64,000 nt of DNA. Origin: Candidatus Magasanikiibacteriota bacterium. GTDB lineage: Bacteria; Patescibacteriota; Patescibacteriia; Magasanikbacterales; GWA2-37-8. A model generated the notes under the pieces. The model did no database searches. It was not told the DNA's origin and saw nothing but the letters and a program-made list of their open reading frames with translations. The stretch is taken from NCBI GenBank assembly GCA_017991415.1, contig JAGOQR010000001.1, forward strand, positions 109,385 to 173,384, in the 5' to 3' direction. Shown piece by piece: positions 51,782 to 59,993 of the stretch. The stretch's first letter is position 1. Each line of letters begins with the position of its first letter. The position numbers and the translations under genes are program-made.

Positions 51782-53371
51782 TTACTGTTCCACGGTAAAG
51801 ATAACTGGCTCTGATCGAGTGCCGATATAAGTCGCAGGCCCAACTGGCATTACCGTAACCTCGTAGGCATGGCGGCCGCCAGGAGCAAAATCAACGAGCG
51901 GTACAAGAACGGACAAATCAATAGTGTCTTTGATATTCCACCATGGATCATTAATCGAACAAGTCATGCAGGATATCACTACTTGATAACGCGTAGCCGC
52001 GTCTGCCCGTGTCCACGCTATTCTAACTGCGCCATCTTTGCCCATAAAATTATCTCCGGGTACAGGGGCAGTGATGGTTGGTTGAGTATTAAGTACAGTG
52101 GTTGATTGTGAACCCGAAGAATCTATAGTGTATAGACGATAATCAGACCACGGCCCCCAAATTCCAGATAGCGAATAACCACGAGCTCGAGTGCGGCAGG
52201 TAGCATCATAACTAATTGCAAAATTCGCCGTACGCAACAAAATTTCTTCCGTAGTAATATCGGAAACAAGACTATACTGCGACAAATCGTTTGGGCGCGC
52301 ACATTCGGTAGTCACTTGATATTTAATAGCGCCCTGCACCCACCCCCAAGCAATAGTAACCATGCGATTAGAGTTAGCAAACACCTGTCCAGAAACAGGC
52401 AAATCAATTGTTGGGGCGACCACATTAATTACAGAAGTATCAACCGTAAATGGCACATATTCAGACCAATTACCAAGCACACCAAATTTATCAACTGCCC
52501 GGATTCGCATGCGGAAGGTACCATCGCTGCCTAAAAATAGACCAGTAAAAATATTGGTAGCGCCCTGATTAGTTTCAGCCGCTGACACGGAATACGGTCG
52601 GTCATAGGCAATCCAGCAATCTGGCGTTCTCCAATCTACACAACGGTAATGATTGGTTTCAATAATATATTTGTCTGCTCCTGGTACCGCCGTCCATACC
52701 GGATCTAAATCTCTTTCCATGCCAGTAACTGGTTTGACTACCTGATTGTTATATGGAGTTACAAAACGCGGCGCAGGCAATACCGCTGGTTGGATGGCCT
52801 GAGGAGGCGTCACGGGAACCGAGACTGGTATAGACGGTTTTATTGACACAGCTCCGGATGAATTGTCTGTAATTGGTTTTTTGGGATCAGCTATTGTTTT
52901 GCGCGTAGCCCGGGAAATGCCAGTAACACGAAGCTTAATGTATGTATCATTTTTAGCATCATAAATAGCAAAGACACCGTTGCGAACTGCGTTAAGAGCT
53001 GTGGTCTCATACCCGTTCGTACCGATTTTTGGAATTGCAGCCGTAAAATACGGCAAACGAATAATACTATTGCCTTTACCCGGCTCTATTTGGGCAATAC
53101 CTTTTTTATTACTTATGAAAAAAGTAGCTGCGGCTGGTCCCGTCGTTTTTCCTCTAAAAACATTTTGCCCAGCTTTAGTATTAGCACCATTATAAGTAAG
53201 AGTAATATTTTTAGAAATCTGATTGCCTGCTTCTCCGGAATTTAGATAATAGGTAAAGCTAACAGTGCCGCTATAAACATACGTTGCTGCTGCAGCTGCT
53301 TTTGCATTTGCAAATAAGCATACAACTGCTAGCACAGCTGTTACCCCCATCCACGCTCGTACTTTTTTCAT
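51782..53371 (-). CDS. Secreted protein with three fibronectin-III-like repeats
   Basis: Signal peptide. Repeats WTAVPGADKYIIE / IAWGWVQGAIKYQVT / IAWTRADAATRYQVVI. 529 aa. Confidence 0.5.
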   Translation of the reverse strand: MKKVRAWMGVTAVLAVVCLFANAKAAAAATYVYSGTVSFTYYLNSGEAGNQISKNITLTYNGANTKAGQNVFRGKTTGPAAATFFISNKKGIAQIEPGKGNSIIRLPYFTAAIPKIGTNGYETTALNAVRNGVFAIYDAKNDTYIKLRVTGISRATRKTIADPKKPITDNSSGAVSIKPSIPVSVPVTPPQAIQPAVLPAPRFVTPYNNQVVKPVTGMERDLDPVWTAVPGADKYIIETNHYRCVDWRTPDCWIAYDRPYSVSAAETNQGATNIFTGLFLGSDGTFRMRIRAVDKFGVLGNWSEYVPFTVDTSVINVVAPTIDLPVSGQVFANSNRMVTIAWGWVQGAIKYQVTTECARPNDLSQYSLVSDITTEEILLRTANFAISYDATCRTRARGYSLSGIWGPWSDYRLYTIDSSGSQSTTVLNTQPTITAPVPGDNFMGKDGAVRIAWTRADAATRYQVVISCMTCSINDPWWNIKDTIDLSVLVPLVDFAPGGRHAYEVTVMPVGPATYIGTRSEPVIFTVEQ

Positions 53372-53477
53372 ATAAATTGGTTATATAAACTATGGCTGCT
53401 ATAATAGCACGATTCAAAATTCTGAACAATTAATATAAATACTAAAAACTTGTCGTTGATACGATAGCTTAGCTTAC

Positions 53478-53530
53478 AAAAAATCACTTAGCAGGCATTG
53501 TGGGATGAGATAGGAACTTATTTGGCTAAG
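53478..53530 (+). repeat. Array repeat copy A (conserved 40-nt box only)
   Basis: GCAGGCATTGTGGGATGAGATAGGAACTTATTTGGCTAAG. The TAG of GGCTAAG is the stop codon of the 53526-53963 gene. Confidence 0.7.
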
Positions 53531-53963
53531 ATATAGGGTACAAAACATACCAAGGGCTATTCGGCAACTGCTTTCTAACTCCAGCTCTTACTCTATCTAT
53601 ACTAGGAAAATCATACCAAGGATCAACCCAACCACCCTTCACTCTTAACAAGTAATGACCGATAGGATACTTGGTATTTTTGACTATTAAGGTAATAGAG
53701 CCTTCAATTTTAGAAAATTTATCGGCTTCTTGTAGGTTTATTTTGTATCTTTTGTTTTGATTGAAAAACTTACTTTTATAATCTAGGTTGTGAGTTTTTA
53801 AATATTTAACAATATCAAAAATCTTTATACCTTTTTCAATGGTATAAAATTTACTCTCAAAATCTTTTTTAACCTCATCGTAAGATTTATTTAATAGATT
53901 AGCTAAACAAGCGATCCCGCAGCCATTTATATCTTTTTGATGTTGGGGTTTTATCGGAGCCAT
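53526..53963 (-). CDS. Papain-like cysteine peptidase domain protein (C39-like)
   Basis: QHQKDINGCGIACLANLL matches the catalytic Cys context of C39/bacteriocin-processing peptidase domains. 145 aa stand-alone. Confidence 0.45.
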   Translation of the reverse strand: MAPIKPQHQKDINGCGIACLANLLNKSYDEVKKDFESKFYTIEKGIKIFDIVKYLKTHNLDYKSKFFNQNKRYKINLQEADKFSKIEGSITLIVKNTKYPIGHYLLRVKGGWVDPWYDFPSIDRVRAGVRKQLPNSPWYVLYPIS

Positions 53964-53971
53964 ACAGGGAT

Positions 53972-54676
53972 TTAGGAAACTACTTTATAGATGATATGTA
54001 GGTAGGAATTCTTAAGTTTTTGTACCTTGTCTAAACTTAAGGTTTTAATATATTTTAAATCGCTGTCTTTGCGCAAAGAAAGTCCGTCAACTAAAGAAGG
54101 GGTGTCTTTGCCGCCTACTATACATGGAACCACTACCACGGACAGCCGGTCAATAAGTCCTTTTCTAAATAATTCAGCATTCATACTCCCGCCGGATTGT
54201 AGAGTAATTTTTTTCATTTTAAACTTTTCTTTAAGATCAATAAATAATCTTGTTAAATCAACCTTTTTTGAATGAAATACGACTTCTAAATTATTTAGGT
54301 TGCGCATCATAAATGCCGAATGCTGCTTATTGGTAGTAACCAATATTAACCGCTTCACCCATTTTGTTAAATACAAGACACCTTTATCGGTCAGATGTGG
54401 TTTATTATCTACAATAATAAAAGTGCAAGGTGATTTTATCTGCGGTTCTTTTTTAGTGTTAACACCGATCTTGGCCATTACCCGACCTGTGTTAAATGAA
54501 TTAATATCCGTCGTTTTCTCAATATCATAATACTGATACAAGCCCTCTTTTACTCCCTTCACCTTTTTTAGATCAATATCAAAATCCCTGGAATCAATAT
54601 CTCCGGTTGATATTTTACCGTCTGCTGACATTAACATATACAGCGTTGTTTTGGGCGTATTTTTTGGCATGTACAA
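53972..54676 (-). CDS. Dihydrofolate reductase-like / RibD C-terminal domain family protein
   Basis: YMLMSADGKISTGD and C-terminal SGG...GLIDRL pattern. The track start is TTG; a likely ATG lies at 54670. Confidence 0.55.
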   Translation of the reverse strand: MYMPKNTPKTTLYMLMSADGKISTGDIDSRDFDIDLKKVKGVKEGLYQYYDIEKTTDINSFNTGRVMAKIGVNTKKEPQIKSPCTFIIVDNKPHLTDKGVLYLTKWVKRLILVTTNKQHSAFMMRNLNNLEVVFHSKKVDLTRLFIDLKEKFKMKKITLQSGGSMNAELFRKGLIDRLSVVVVPCIVGGKDTPSLVDGLSLRKDSDLKYIKTLSLDKVQKLKNSYLHIIYKVVS

Positions 54677-54751
54677 AAATTAATAATTAGTACATATACA
54701 ATGCCATTTATATTTTATATTGCAAGCCCGTTTATCCACATGGTTCTAGAT

Positions 54752-54826
54752 AAGAATAACCGCTTGGTTAAGCGACTATTTTTCTGTGCAGGCCTTGTGG
54801 GATGAGAGCGAAACTTATTTGGTTAA
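54752..54826 (+). repeat. Array repeat copy B
   Basis: AATAACCGCTTGGTTAAGCGACTATTTTTCTGTGCAGGCCTTGTGGGATGAGAGCGAAACTTATTTGGTTAA. Confidence 0.75.
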
Positions 54827-54842
54827 AAATGAAGATTAAAAT

Positions 54843-55556
54843 TTATTGCATAATCCTCTGAATCTCATTTTTTAGATGTTCGGCTGACCAACCAATCAAT
54901 AACCTTCCCTGCTCTTTGTCCACTACCCATTTTGGGTGCCTATCATGAATTCCATCTTTACTAAAATCTTTAAGCGGGTGCTTATCATCCCAATCATACC
55001 CAATATCTTTCTTAGGATAGTTAGCTGGCGGTACAGTTACTAGGTCCTCATCAATAGCCAGCACCATAGAAGTTTCAGTATTCCCTGCATGATCATCTAC
55101 CGGCCCATTAATCAACTCCATTGTTTTCTGCAAGACTGGCTCTGGATCAAGAGTTATATAATGTAATTTTACTGATCCTAACTCTGCGGTATATTTTTCA
55201 ATAAAACGATCAATCGTGCCTAGATTACCTCCATGCCAGGATATAAAAATAATGTTACTTGCATAATCCTTGAGCGACATAGAAATATCTCGAAGCATAA
55301 GCATTAGGGTTTCTTTTTCAACCCATACAGTGCCAGGAAAACCAATATGTTCTTTGGAACAAGTAATCTCTAGTGTTGGTAAGAAAATTGCTTCAGGGCA
55401 TTCTTTAATGGCTTTTTCCAACATAGCATTCTGGCAATAAGTATCTGTACCGATTGGTAAAAAAGGGCCATGCTGTTCGGTGGCACCCATTGGTAAAACA
55501 AATGTATATTTCTTTTCTTGATTGAAATCAGTTGTTTTGAGTTCTTTTAACAACAT
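54843..55556 (-). CDS. Creatininase-family amidohydrolase
   Basis: LPMGATEQHGPFLPIGTDT signature plus metal-binding His/Asp/Glu. 237 aa. Confidence 0.75.
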   Translation of the reverse strand: MLLKELKTTDFNQEKKYTFVLPMGATEQHGPFLPIGTDTYCQNAMLEKAIKECPEAIFLPTLEITCSKEHIGFPGTVWVEKETLMLMLRDISMSLKDYASNIIFISWHGGNLGTIDRFIEKYTAELGSVKLHYITLDPEPVLQKTMELINGPVDDHAGNTETSMVLAIDEDLVTVPPANYPKKDIGYDWDDKHPLKDFSKDGIHDRHPKWVVDKEQGRLLIGWSAEHLKNEIQRIMQ

Positions 55557-55584
55557 ACTAATTAAAATAATTATTGAGCCATGG

Positions 55585-55717
55585 TTATTCTATCTTTTCA
55601 GCTAATGGTAGTCAATTCGGTTCTAAATTTAGAAAAGGATATAAAAATAACCGCCTGATTAAGCGATTATTTTATTTGCAGGCGTTGTGGGATGAGAGCG
55701 AAACTTATTTGGCTAAG
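55585..55717 (+). repeat. Array repeat copy C (full: promoter, hairpin and box)
   Basis: On the minus strand, TTGACT (55610-55615) N17 TAGAAT (55587-55592) sits ~30 nt upstream of the 54843-55556 start. Then hairpin AAAAATAACCGCCTGATTAAGCGATTATTTT and box GCAGGCGTTGTGGGATGAGAGCGAAACTTATTTGGCTAAG, which ends 18 nt from the stop of the 55735-56337 gene. Confidence 0.8.
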
Positions 55718-55734
55718 AATGAAGAACAATTTTT

Positions 55735-56337
55735 CTAACTTACCCTTACAAAACCTAGTCGCTTTCGATATATCGAAAAAATCAACGCTACATTAGCTAT
55801 TAGTAGATATACTTGAAATGCCGAATTTACAATATCCCATTTTGGTATAGAAGGTAAAACTAACAATACACTGATAAGACTGGCAATAAAAAGATAACCT
55901 GATTCAGTTTCTGGATATTTCCAGGCTTTAACAATTGTAGGTAGAGTGGCAAGCCCATCACCTAATGCGGCAAATAAGATAGCCAAAGCTGGAGAATCAA
56001 TAACGAGCCAGATAATTAAGGCAATAATCGAACAAACTCCGCATAAAGAATCGAACAATGTTAATTTCCAATAACTATTTTTATTTACAAAAGAAACAAT
56101 AAATACGATAAGCGGAATAAAACCTGCAATAAAAATTCTAGATGTTGCCCATAAATCAGCTTGGGCCGAAAAAGCCGCAAATGCTCCGACGAGCGATGCA
56201 AATGCCCATAAACTCCACGAGATACGATTTGGTTTTGTCTTTCCTTTAAGCGTATCTTTAATATAACTGACCGAACCTGAGATGCTAATAACTGCACTTA
56301 CAACAACCAACCAATGAACAAAGGAAATACCAAACAT
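55735..56337 (-). CDS. Integral membrane protein
   Basis: 200 aa with about 6 TM helices. Confidence 0.45.
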   Translation of the reverse strand: MFGISFVHWLVVVSAVISISGSVSYIKDTLKGKTKPNRISWSLWAFASLVGAFAAFSAQADLWATSRIFIAGFIPLIVFIVSFVNKNSYWKLTLFDSLCGVCSIIALIIWLVIDSPALAILFAALGDGLATLPTIVKAWKYPETESGYLFIASLISVLLVLPSIPKWDIVNSAFQVYLLIANVALIFSIYRKRLGFVRVS

Positions 56338-56354
56338 AACATGTAAATAGGAAT

Positions 56355-56491
56355 GATACCTATTCTATCTTTTTTGCTAACCTTGGTCAATTTGGTTCCA
56401 AAGTAATAAAAGGATATAAAAATAATCACTTGGTTAGGCGGCTATTTTTGTTTGCTCCATTTGTGGGACGAGGTTAGAACTTGTTTGGCTA
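56355..56491 (+). repeat. Array repeat copy D (full, more diverged)
   Basis: Minus-strand promoter TTGACC-N17-TAGAAT, then hairpin AAAAATAATCACTTGGTTAGGCGGCTATTTTT and box GCTCCATTTGTGGGACGAGGTTAGAACTTGTTTGGCTAA. The TAG within the box is the stop codon of the 56489-57067 gene. Confidence 0.75.
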
Positions 56492-57067
56492 AATCTTAAT
56501 AAGATTAATATAATTGGCCAACTCTTTAAGCGCGATAGGTAAATCAATAAAGCCATCGGCTTCGGTAATATGTCCTGCATTATGTAGTGTTATTATTCTT
56601 GACCCAAGTTCACTAAACTTTTCTTTGTTTTTGCTGAATGCACCATACGGGTCATTGTCTGAAATAACTAATACAGATTGAGGTAAAAGTTGTTTTACTT
56701 GGGCTATATTAATTGGAGTTGTTAGCCATGGTTTTGCTATCTCTTTCACTTTGTCATTTTCAAGATTCTCTAAATCAAACCAACCTGCCACAAAAACAGC
56801 ACCTCCAACAGGCGCATTAACGGTTTCCAGATAACGAAGAATAGTTTGGCAGCCAATACTGTGCCCAACAAAGTAAGTATCTTTATCTGGTTTACCGACT
56901 AAACTGGCAAGGTAAGTAACCCACCGTTCAATGACTGGAGTATTGGTATCTGGCATCTCAGGAATAAAAACTAGATGCCCTAATTTTTCCAACTCGGCTT
57001 TTAACGAAGGCAGCCAATCTTTTTCTGGACTTCCTTCCCAACCGTGGATAATAAAAATTCTTTTCAT
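56489..57067 (-). CDS. Alpha/beta hydrolase (RBBP9/YdeN-like serine hydrolase family)
   Basis: IFIIHGWEGSPEKDW...VGHSIGC nucleophile elbow. 192 aa. Lies 6 nt downstream of the NUDIX gene, so probably in an operon with it. Confidence 0.6.
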   Translation of the reverse strand: MKRIFIIHGWEGSPEKDWLPSLKAELEKLGHLVFIPEMPDTNTPVIERWVTYLASLVGKPDKDTYFVGHSIGCQTILRYLETVNAPVGGAVFVAGWFDLENLENDKVKEIAKPWLTTPINIAQVKQLLPQSVLVISDNDPYGAFSKNKEKFSELGSRIITLHNAGHITEADGFIDLPIALKELANYINLIKI

Positions 57068-57073
57068 ATTAAT

Positions 57074-57628
57074 TTAAGCTCTGCCACTTCCATTTAAATA
57101 GTTCCATGCCTTCAAAATAAGCACACAGCTTTGGCCATGAGTAATCTTACTGTCCATAACCATTTGAACTGCTTTAGCTAACGGCAATTTAATGTGGGTA
57201 ATAATTTCAGTGCCTTCAAAGGCGGTATTAGTAAATGAGAGGCCTTTAGCTAGAAACAAATTTGCAGGTGAAAAGACAACACTGGTAAACGGATCCATTT
57301 TTCCGAGTTTTACCCAATTCTTTGCTATGCAGCCTAACTCTTCTTGCAATTCTCGTTTAGCTGCTTTAAGAATAGACTCGCCTTCATCGATAGCACCGCT
57401 AAATACCTCAACACTATTTTTACCGATTGCGTATTTGAATTCTTTGGTTAAGTATATATTTCCTTCTTCATCCATAGGCAGGATTGATACCCCAGGAACC
57501 ATCTCTACAATACCAAAGATTCCTGGATTACCATCTGGTCGTACTACCTGGTCTTCATGGACACTTATCCATTTATTTTTATATTTTATAGTGCTGCTTT
57601 TGATTTTCCATGGGCCATGCTTTTTCAT
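57074..57628 (-). CDS. NUDIX hydrolase
   Basis: Nudix box GAIDEGESILKAAKRELQEELG. 184 aa. Confidence 0.8.
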   Translation of the reverse strand: MKKHGPWKIKSSTIKYKNKWISVHEDQVVRPDGNPGIFGIVEMVPGVSILPMDEEGNIYLTKEFKYAIGKNSVEVFSGAIDEGESILKAAKRELQEELGCIAKNWVKLGKMDPFTSVVFSPANLFLAKGLSFTNTAFEGTEIITHIKLPLAKAVQMVMDSKITHGQSCVLILKAWNYLNGSGRA

Positions 57629-57660
57629 ACGAATAGGATTGAATTATTAACTTGTTTATT

Positions 57661-57789
57661 CTATCGTTTCGGCTAAGTATAGTCAATTTGGTTCGAATCC
57701 TATTGCCCCGTACAAAAATAACCGCTTGGTTAAACGATTATTTTTATTTGCAGGCCTTGTGGGATGAGATTGGAACGTATTTGGCTAAC
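57661..57789 (+). repeat. Array repeat copy E (full)
   Basis: Minus-strand TTGACT-N17-TAGAAT upstream of the NUDIX start, then hairpin AAAAATAACCGCTTGGTTAAACGATTATTTTTAT and box GCAGGCCTTGTGGGATGAGATTGGAACGTATTTGGCTAAC. Flanked by GGCTAAG (57671) and GGCTAAC (57783). Confidence 0.8.
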
Positions 57790-57858
57790 CTATAACAATC
57801 ACCAATTTAACTTTCCTTCATAATCTGTTAGAATACGTAAGAAAATAATAAACTTACT

Positions 57859-58716
57859 ATGTGGTTTCTTTTGTCTTTAGGCTCCGCTTTTTTTGATTCA
57901 CTTAAGGATGTAACCGCCAAAATTGTCTCAAAGGAAATTGACGCTTACACAGTCGCGTGGGCTAATCGTTTCTTTGGTCTTATTTTTATTCTTCCGGTCA
58001 TGCTCTTTAACATCCCGAATCATCTTGGCATAGAATTTTGGAAAGCTCTAGCTGTAGTTGGCGTACTTAATTCCATTAATTCTGTTCTGTACATCAAAGC
58101 TCTCAAGGATACACCCCTATCAATTGTTACCCCTATTACTTCTTTAACGCCCATTACTGTGTTACTTTTTTCATCCATCCTTGCCTCAGAAACACCTTCA
58201 CTCGTTGGCTTTTTAGGAATTATTATAGCGGTCATAGGCACCTATGTGTTACAAATCAGTCAGCGCCATACTGGTTTTTTAAAACCGCTCACCTCTCTAT
58301 GGACAAATGTTGGACAGCGGTATGTATTTATTGTTGTGATATTATGGGGCATCACATCAGTATTTGATAAAATTGCCATACAGCACTCTAACCCACTCTT
58401 CTATTTAGGCGCTGCTAATATTGTTTATACACTCGCCCTATTTCCATTTGTTATTTTTAAACCAGGACGTTTACAAATCGCAATTACAAATTATAAAAAA
58501 TTTCTTCCTGTTGGATTCTTTTATGCTGTTTCTACTGGACTGCAGTTTTTAGCTTTACCGTTTACTTTAGTATCATACGTTTTATCAATAAAACGTGCAT
58601 CGAGTGTATTTGGAGTAATATGGGGTAAATTCTTTTTCAACGAAACGAATTTAAGAGAACGAATGTTTGGATCATTAATAATAATTGCTGGCGTTATATT
58701 AATCATATTTGCTTAA
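57859..58716 (+). CDS. EamA/DMT-family transporter
   Basis: 285 aa with 10 TM helices in the duplicated EamA pattern. It is the only plus-strand gene in the array. Confidence 0.7.
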   Translation: MWFLLSLGSAFFDSLKDVTAKIVSKEIDAYTVAWANRFFGLIFILPVMLFNIPNHLGIEFWKALAVVGVLNSINSVLYIKALKDTPLSIVTPITSLTPITVLLFSSILASETPSLVGFLGIIIAVIGTYVLQISQRHTGFLKPLTSLWTNVGQRYVFIVVILWGITSVFDKIAIQHSNPLFYLGAANIVYTLALFPFVIFKPGRLQIAITNYKKFLPVGFFYAVSTGLQFLALPFTLVSYVLSIKRASSVFGVIWGKFFFNETNLRERMFGSLIIIAGVILIIFA

Positions 58717-58790
58717 AAAAATAACCGCTTGGTTGAGCGATTATTTTTGTTAGCAGGCCTTGTGGGATGAGATCGGAACTTATTTAGCTA
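58716..58790 (+). repeat. Array repeat copy F
   Basis: AAAAAAATAACCGCTTGGTTGAGCGATTATTTTTGTTAGCAGGCCTTGTGGGATGAGATCGGAACTTATTTAGCTAA. Begins at the EamA stop codon and acts as a convergent terminator. Confidence 0.75.
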
Positions 58791-58814
58791 AAAACATTGA
58801 TTAATTCTTACAAT

Positions 58815-59636
58815 TTATACTTCAAACTCTAAAATAAGTGGTAGATGATCTGAAATCGGCACATCAGGAACACTAAAATTAACGGGCTTAATACCACTAG
58901 AGACAAAAGCATAGTCTGCAAACTCTTGCCAACCATTAGGCCCAACACCATAGTGGGGATATAATTTTTTAAAAAGACTTCCACGGGTAGTTTTTATAGA
59001 AAATTCTTTAATCAAATTACGAAGACCTACTTTCTCAAACATGGCAATACTTTCCGTGTTTGGCAATAAGTTAAAGTCCCCAGTGATGATTCCTTCACCA
59101 TTCTCTCTTGTTATAAAATCTATAATCTTTTTCGATTGAATAAGGCGCTCATTTGTATCTAACTTATTCCCTGGCTCAGAGGTACCGTGCACATTACAAA
59201 CTGTAATGAGTTTATTATTAACAGCTAGCTGAAGATATTGCAGATTACAAGGAAGGGTAGAAAAATCTTTATAATCAAAGGAGTTTAGTTCTTTGAAAAT
59301 AAAAAACTCTCCGCTTTTTTTAATAGAATAATCTTTTTTAATAAAAACTGCCAAACCTGAATTAATTCCCGGGGCTTTAATAAGGGTTTGATCAAAATTT
59401 TCTTGAGCCAAACCGAAAAATCCTTGATGTTTATTTAAAATCTTTTGCACCTGTTTAAATAAATCTGCTCGATACCCTTGATTTTCAGAAATATTTTTAT
59501 TATTATCTAACATTTCCTGTAAACAAAATATATCAATAGTGTCGGCATTTACTCTAATAAAGTCTATGAGCGGCTCAAATATCTTACCGCCGTAGGTATT
59601 TAACGATATAATCTTCATACTTTTAAAACTTGACAT
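58815..59636 (-). CDS. Endonuclease/exonuclease/phosphatase (EEP) family protein
   Basis: N-terminal ...DIFCLQE (catalytic Glu), ...TGDFN..., C-terminal SDHLP. 273 aa. An alternative start Met lies at 59618. Confidence 0.6.
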   Translation of the reverse strand: MSSFKSMKIISLNTYGGKIFEPLIDFIRVNADTIDIFCLQEMLDNNKNISENQGYRADLFKQVQKILNKHQGFFGLAQENFDQTLIKAPGINSGLAVFIKKDYSIKKSGEFFIFKELNSFDYKDFSTLPCNLQYLQLAVNNKLITVCNVHGTSEPGNKLDTNERLIQSKKIIDFITRENGEGIITGDFNLLPNTESIAMFEKVGLRNLIKEFSIKTTRGSLFKKLYPHYGVGPNGWQEFADYAFVSSGIKPVNFSVPDVPISDHLPLILEFEV

Positions 59637-59649
59637 TGATTACGAATCT

Positions 59650-59760
59650 TATTCTATCTTTGTTAACCTACTTTAGTCAATAATCAGTTTTTTTCACAAC
59701 TATGCGCCCCTATAAAAAATAACCGCTTGGTTAAGCGGCTATTTTGTTTGCAGCGGGGAT
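59650..59760 (+). repeat. Array repeat copy G (promoter and hairpin, box absent)
   Basis: Minus-strand TTGACT-N18-TAGAAT upstream of the EEP gene, then hairpin AAAAAATAACCGCTTGGTTAAGCGGCTATTTTGTTTGCAG. The sequence then diverges. Confidence 0.7.
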
Positions 59761-59895
59761 ACGAAAAATTACGAGGGGAATTTATATTGGAAATGAGTGA
59801 GTAAAATGGATTAGCGGCAGTTGCGCCAAGTTTACTTGGTTGCAACCTGACGATGAGACATTTTCGAGCGAATGACAATATATGGTTTACCTATA

Positions 59896-59981
59896 CGGAA
59901 TAGGACGGGCGGAAGGAGGGGTTGGGGGAGGAATTCCGCCCGCCCACCGGCGCACTTTTTACGATTTCAAGTTTTTCTTTG
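59896..59981 (-). repeat. Right copy of the ~90-bp GC-rich inverted repeat pair (partner at 17281-17372)
   Basis: Reverse complement reads AAAGAAAAACTTGAAATCGTAAAAAGTGCGCCGGTGGGCGGGCGGAATTCCTCCCCCAACCCCTCCTTCCGCCCGTCCTATTCCGT. Lies 14 nt downstream of the CHAP gene stop. Confidence 0.8.
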
Positions 59982-59993
59982 ACGGCAAATTCT

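Noticed and set aside
57690-57715. GGTTCGAATCC (canonical tRNA T-loop sequence) inside array repeat copy E.
   Set aside because: The other copies of the repeat do not conserve it and no cloverleaf is possible. It coincides with the -35 region (AGTCAA on the plus strand) of the repeat promoter.
51696-59760. CRISPR array or classical integron attC sites as an explanation for the eight repeats.
   Set aside because: It is not a CRISPR array: the repeats are 75-150 bp, partly degenerate, and separated by 0.4-1.6 kb protein-coding genes. It is not a classical integron: no intI gene is present, and the repeat carries a promoter plus a rho-independent terminator rather than the R''-L''/L'-R' architecture. 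A GTTAAGC core-like heptamer does occur in the hairpin loop region, so a distant analogy is retained in the finding.
17281-59981. Interpretation of the inverted repeat pair as termini of a 42.6-kb mobile element.
   Set aside because: The interval contains core housekeeping genes (folD, secD/F, secA, tdk, msrA, DEAD-box helicase), so it cannot be an accessory element. An inversion boundary or dispersed repeat is more plausible.
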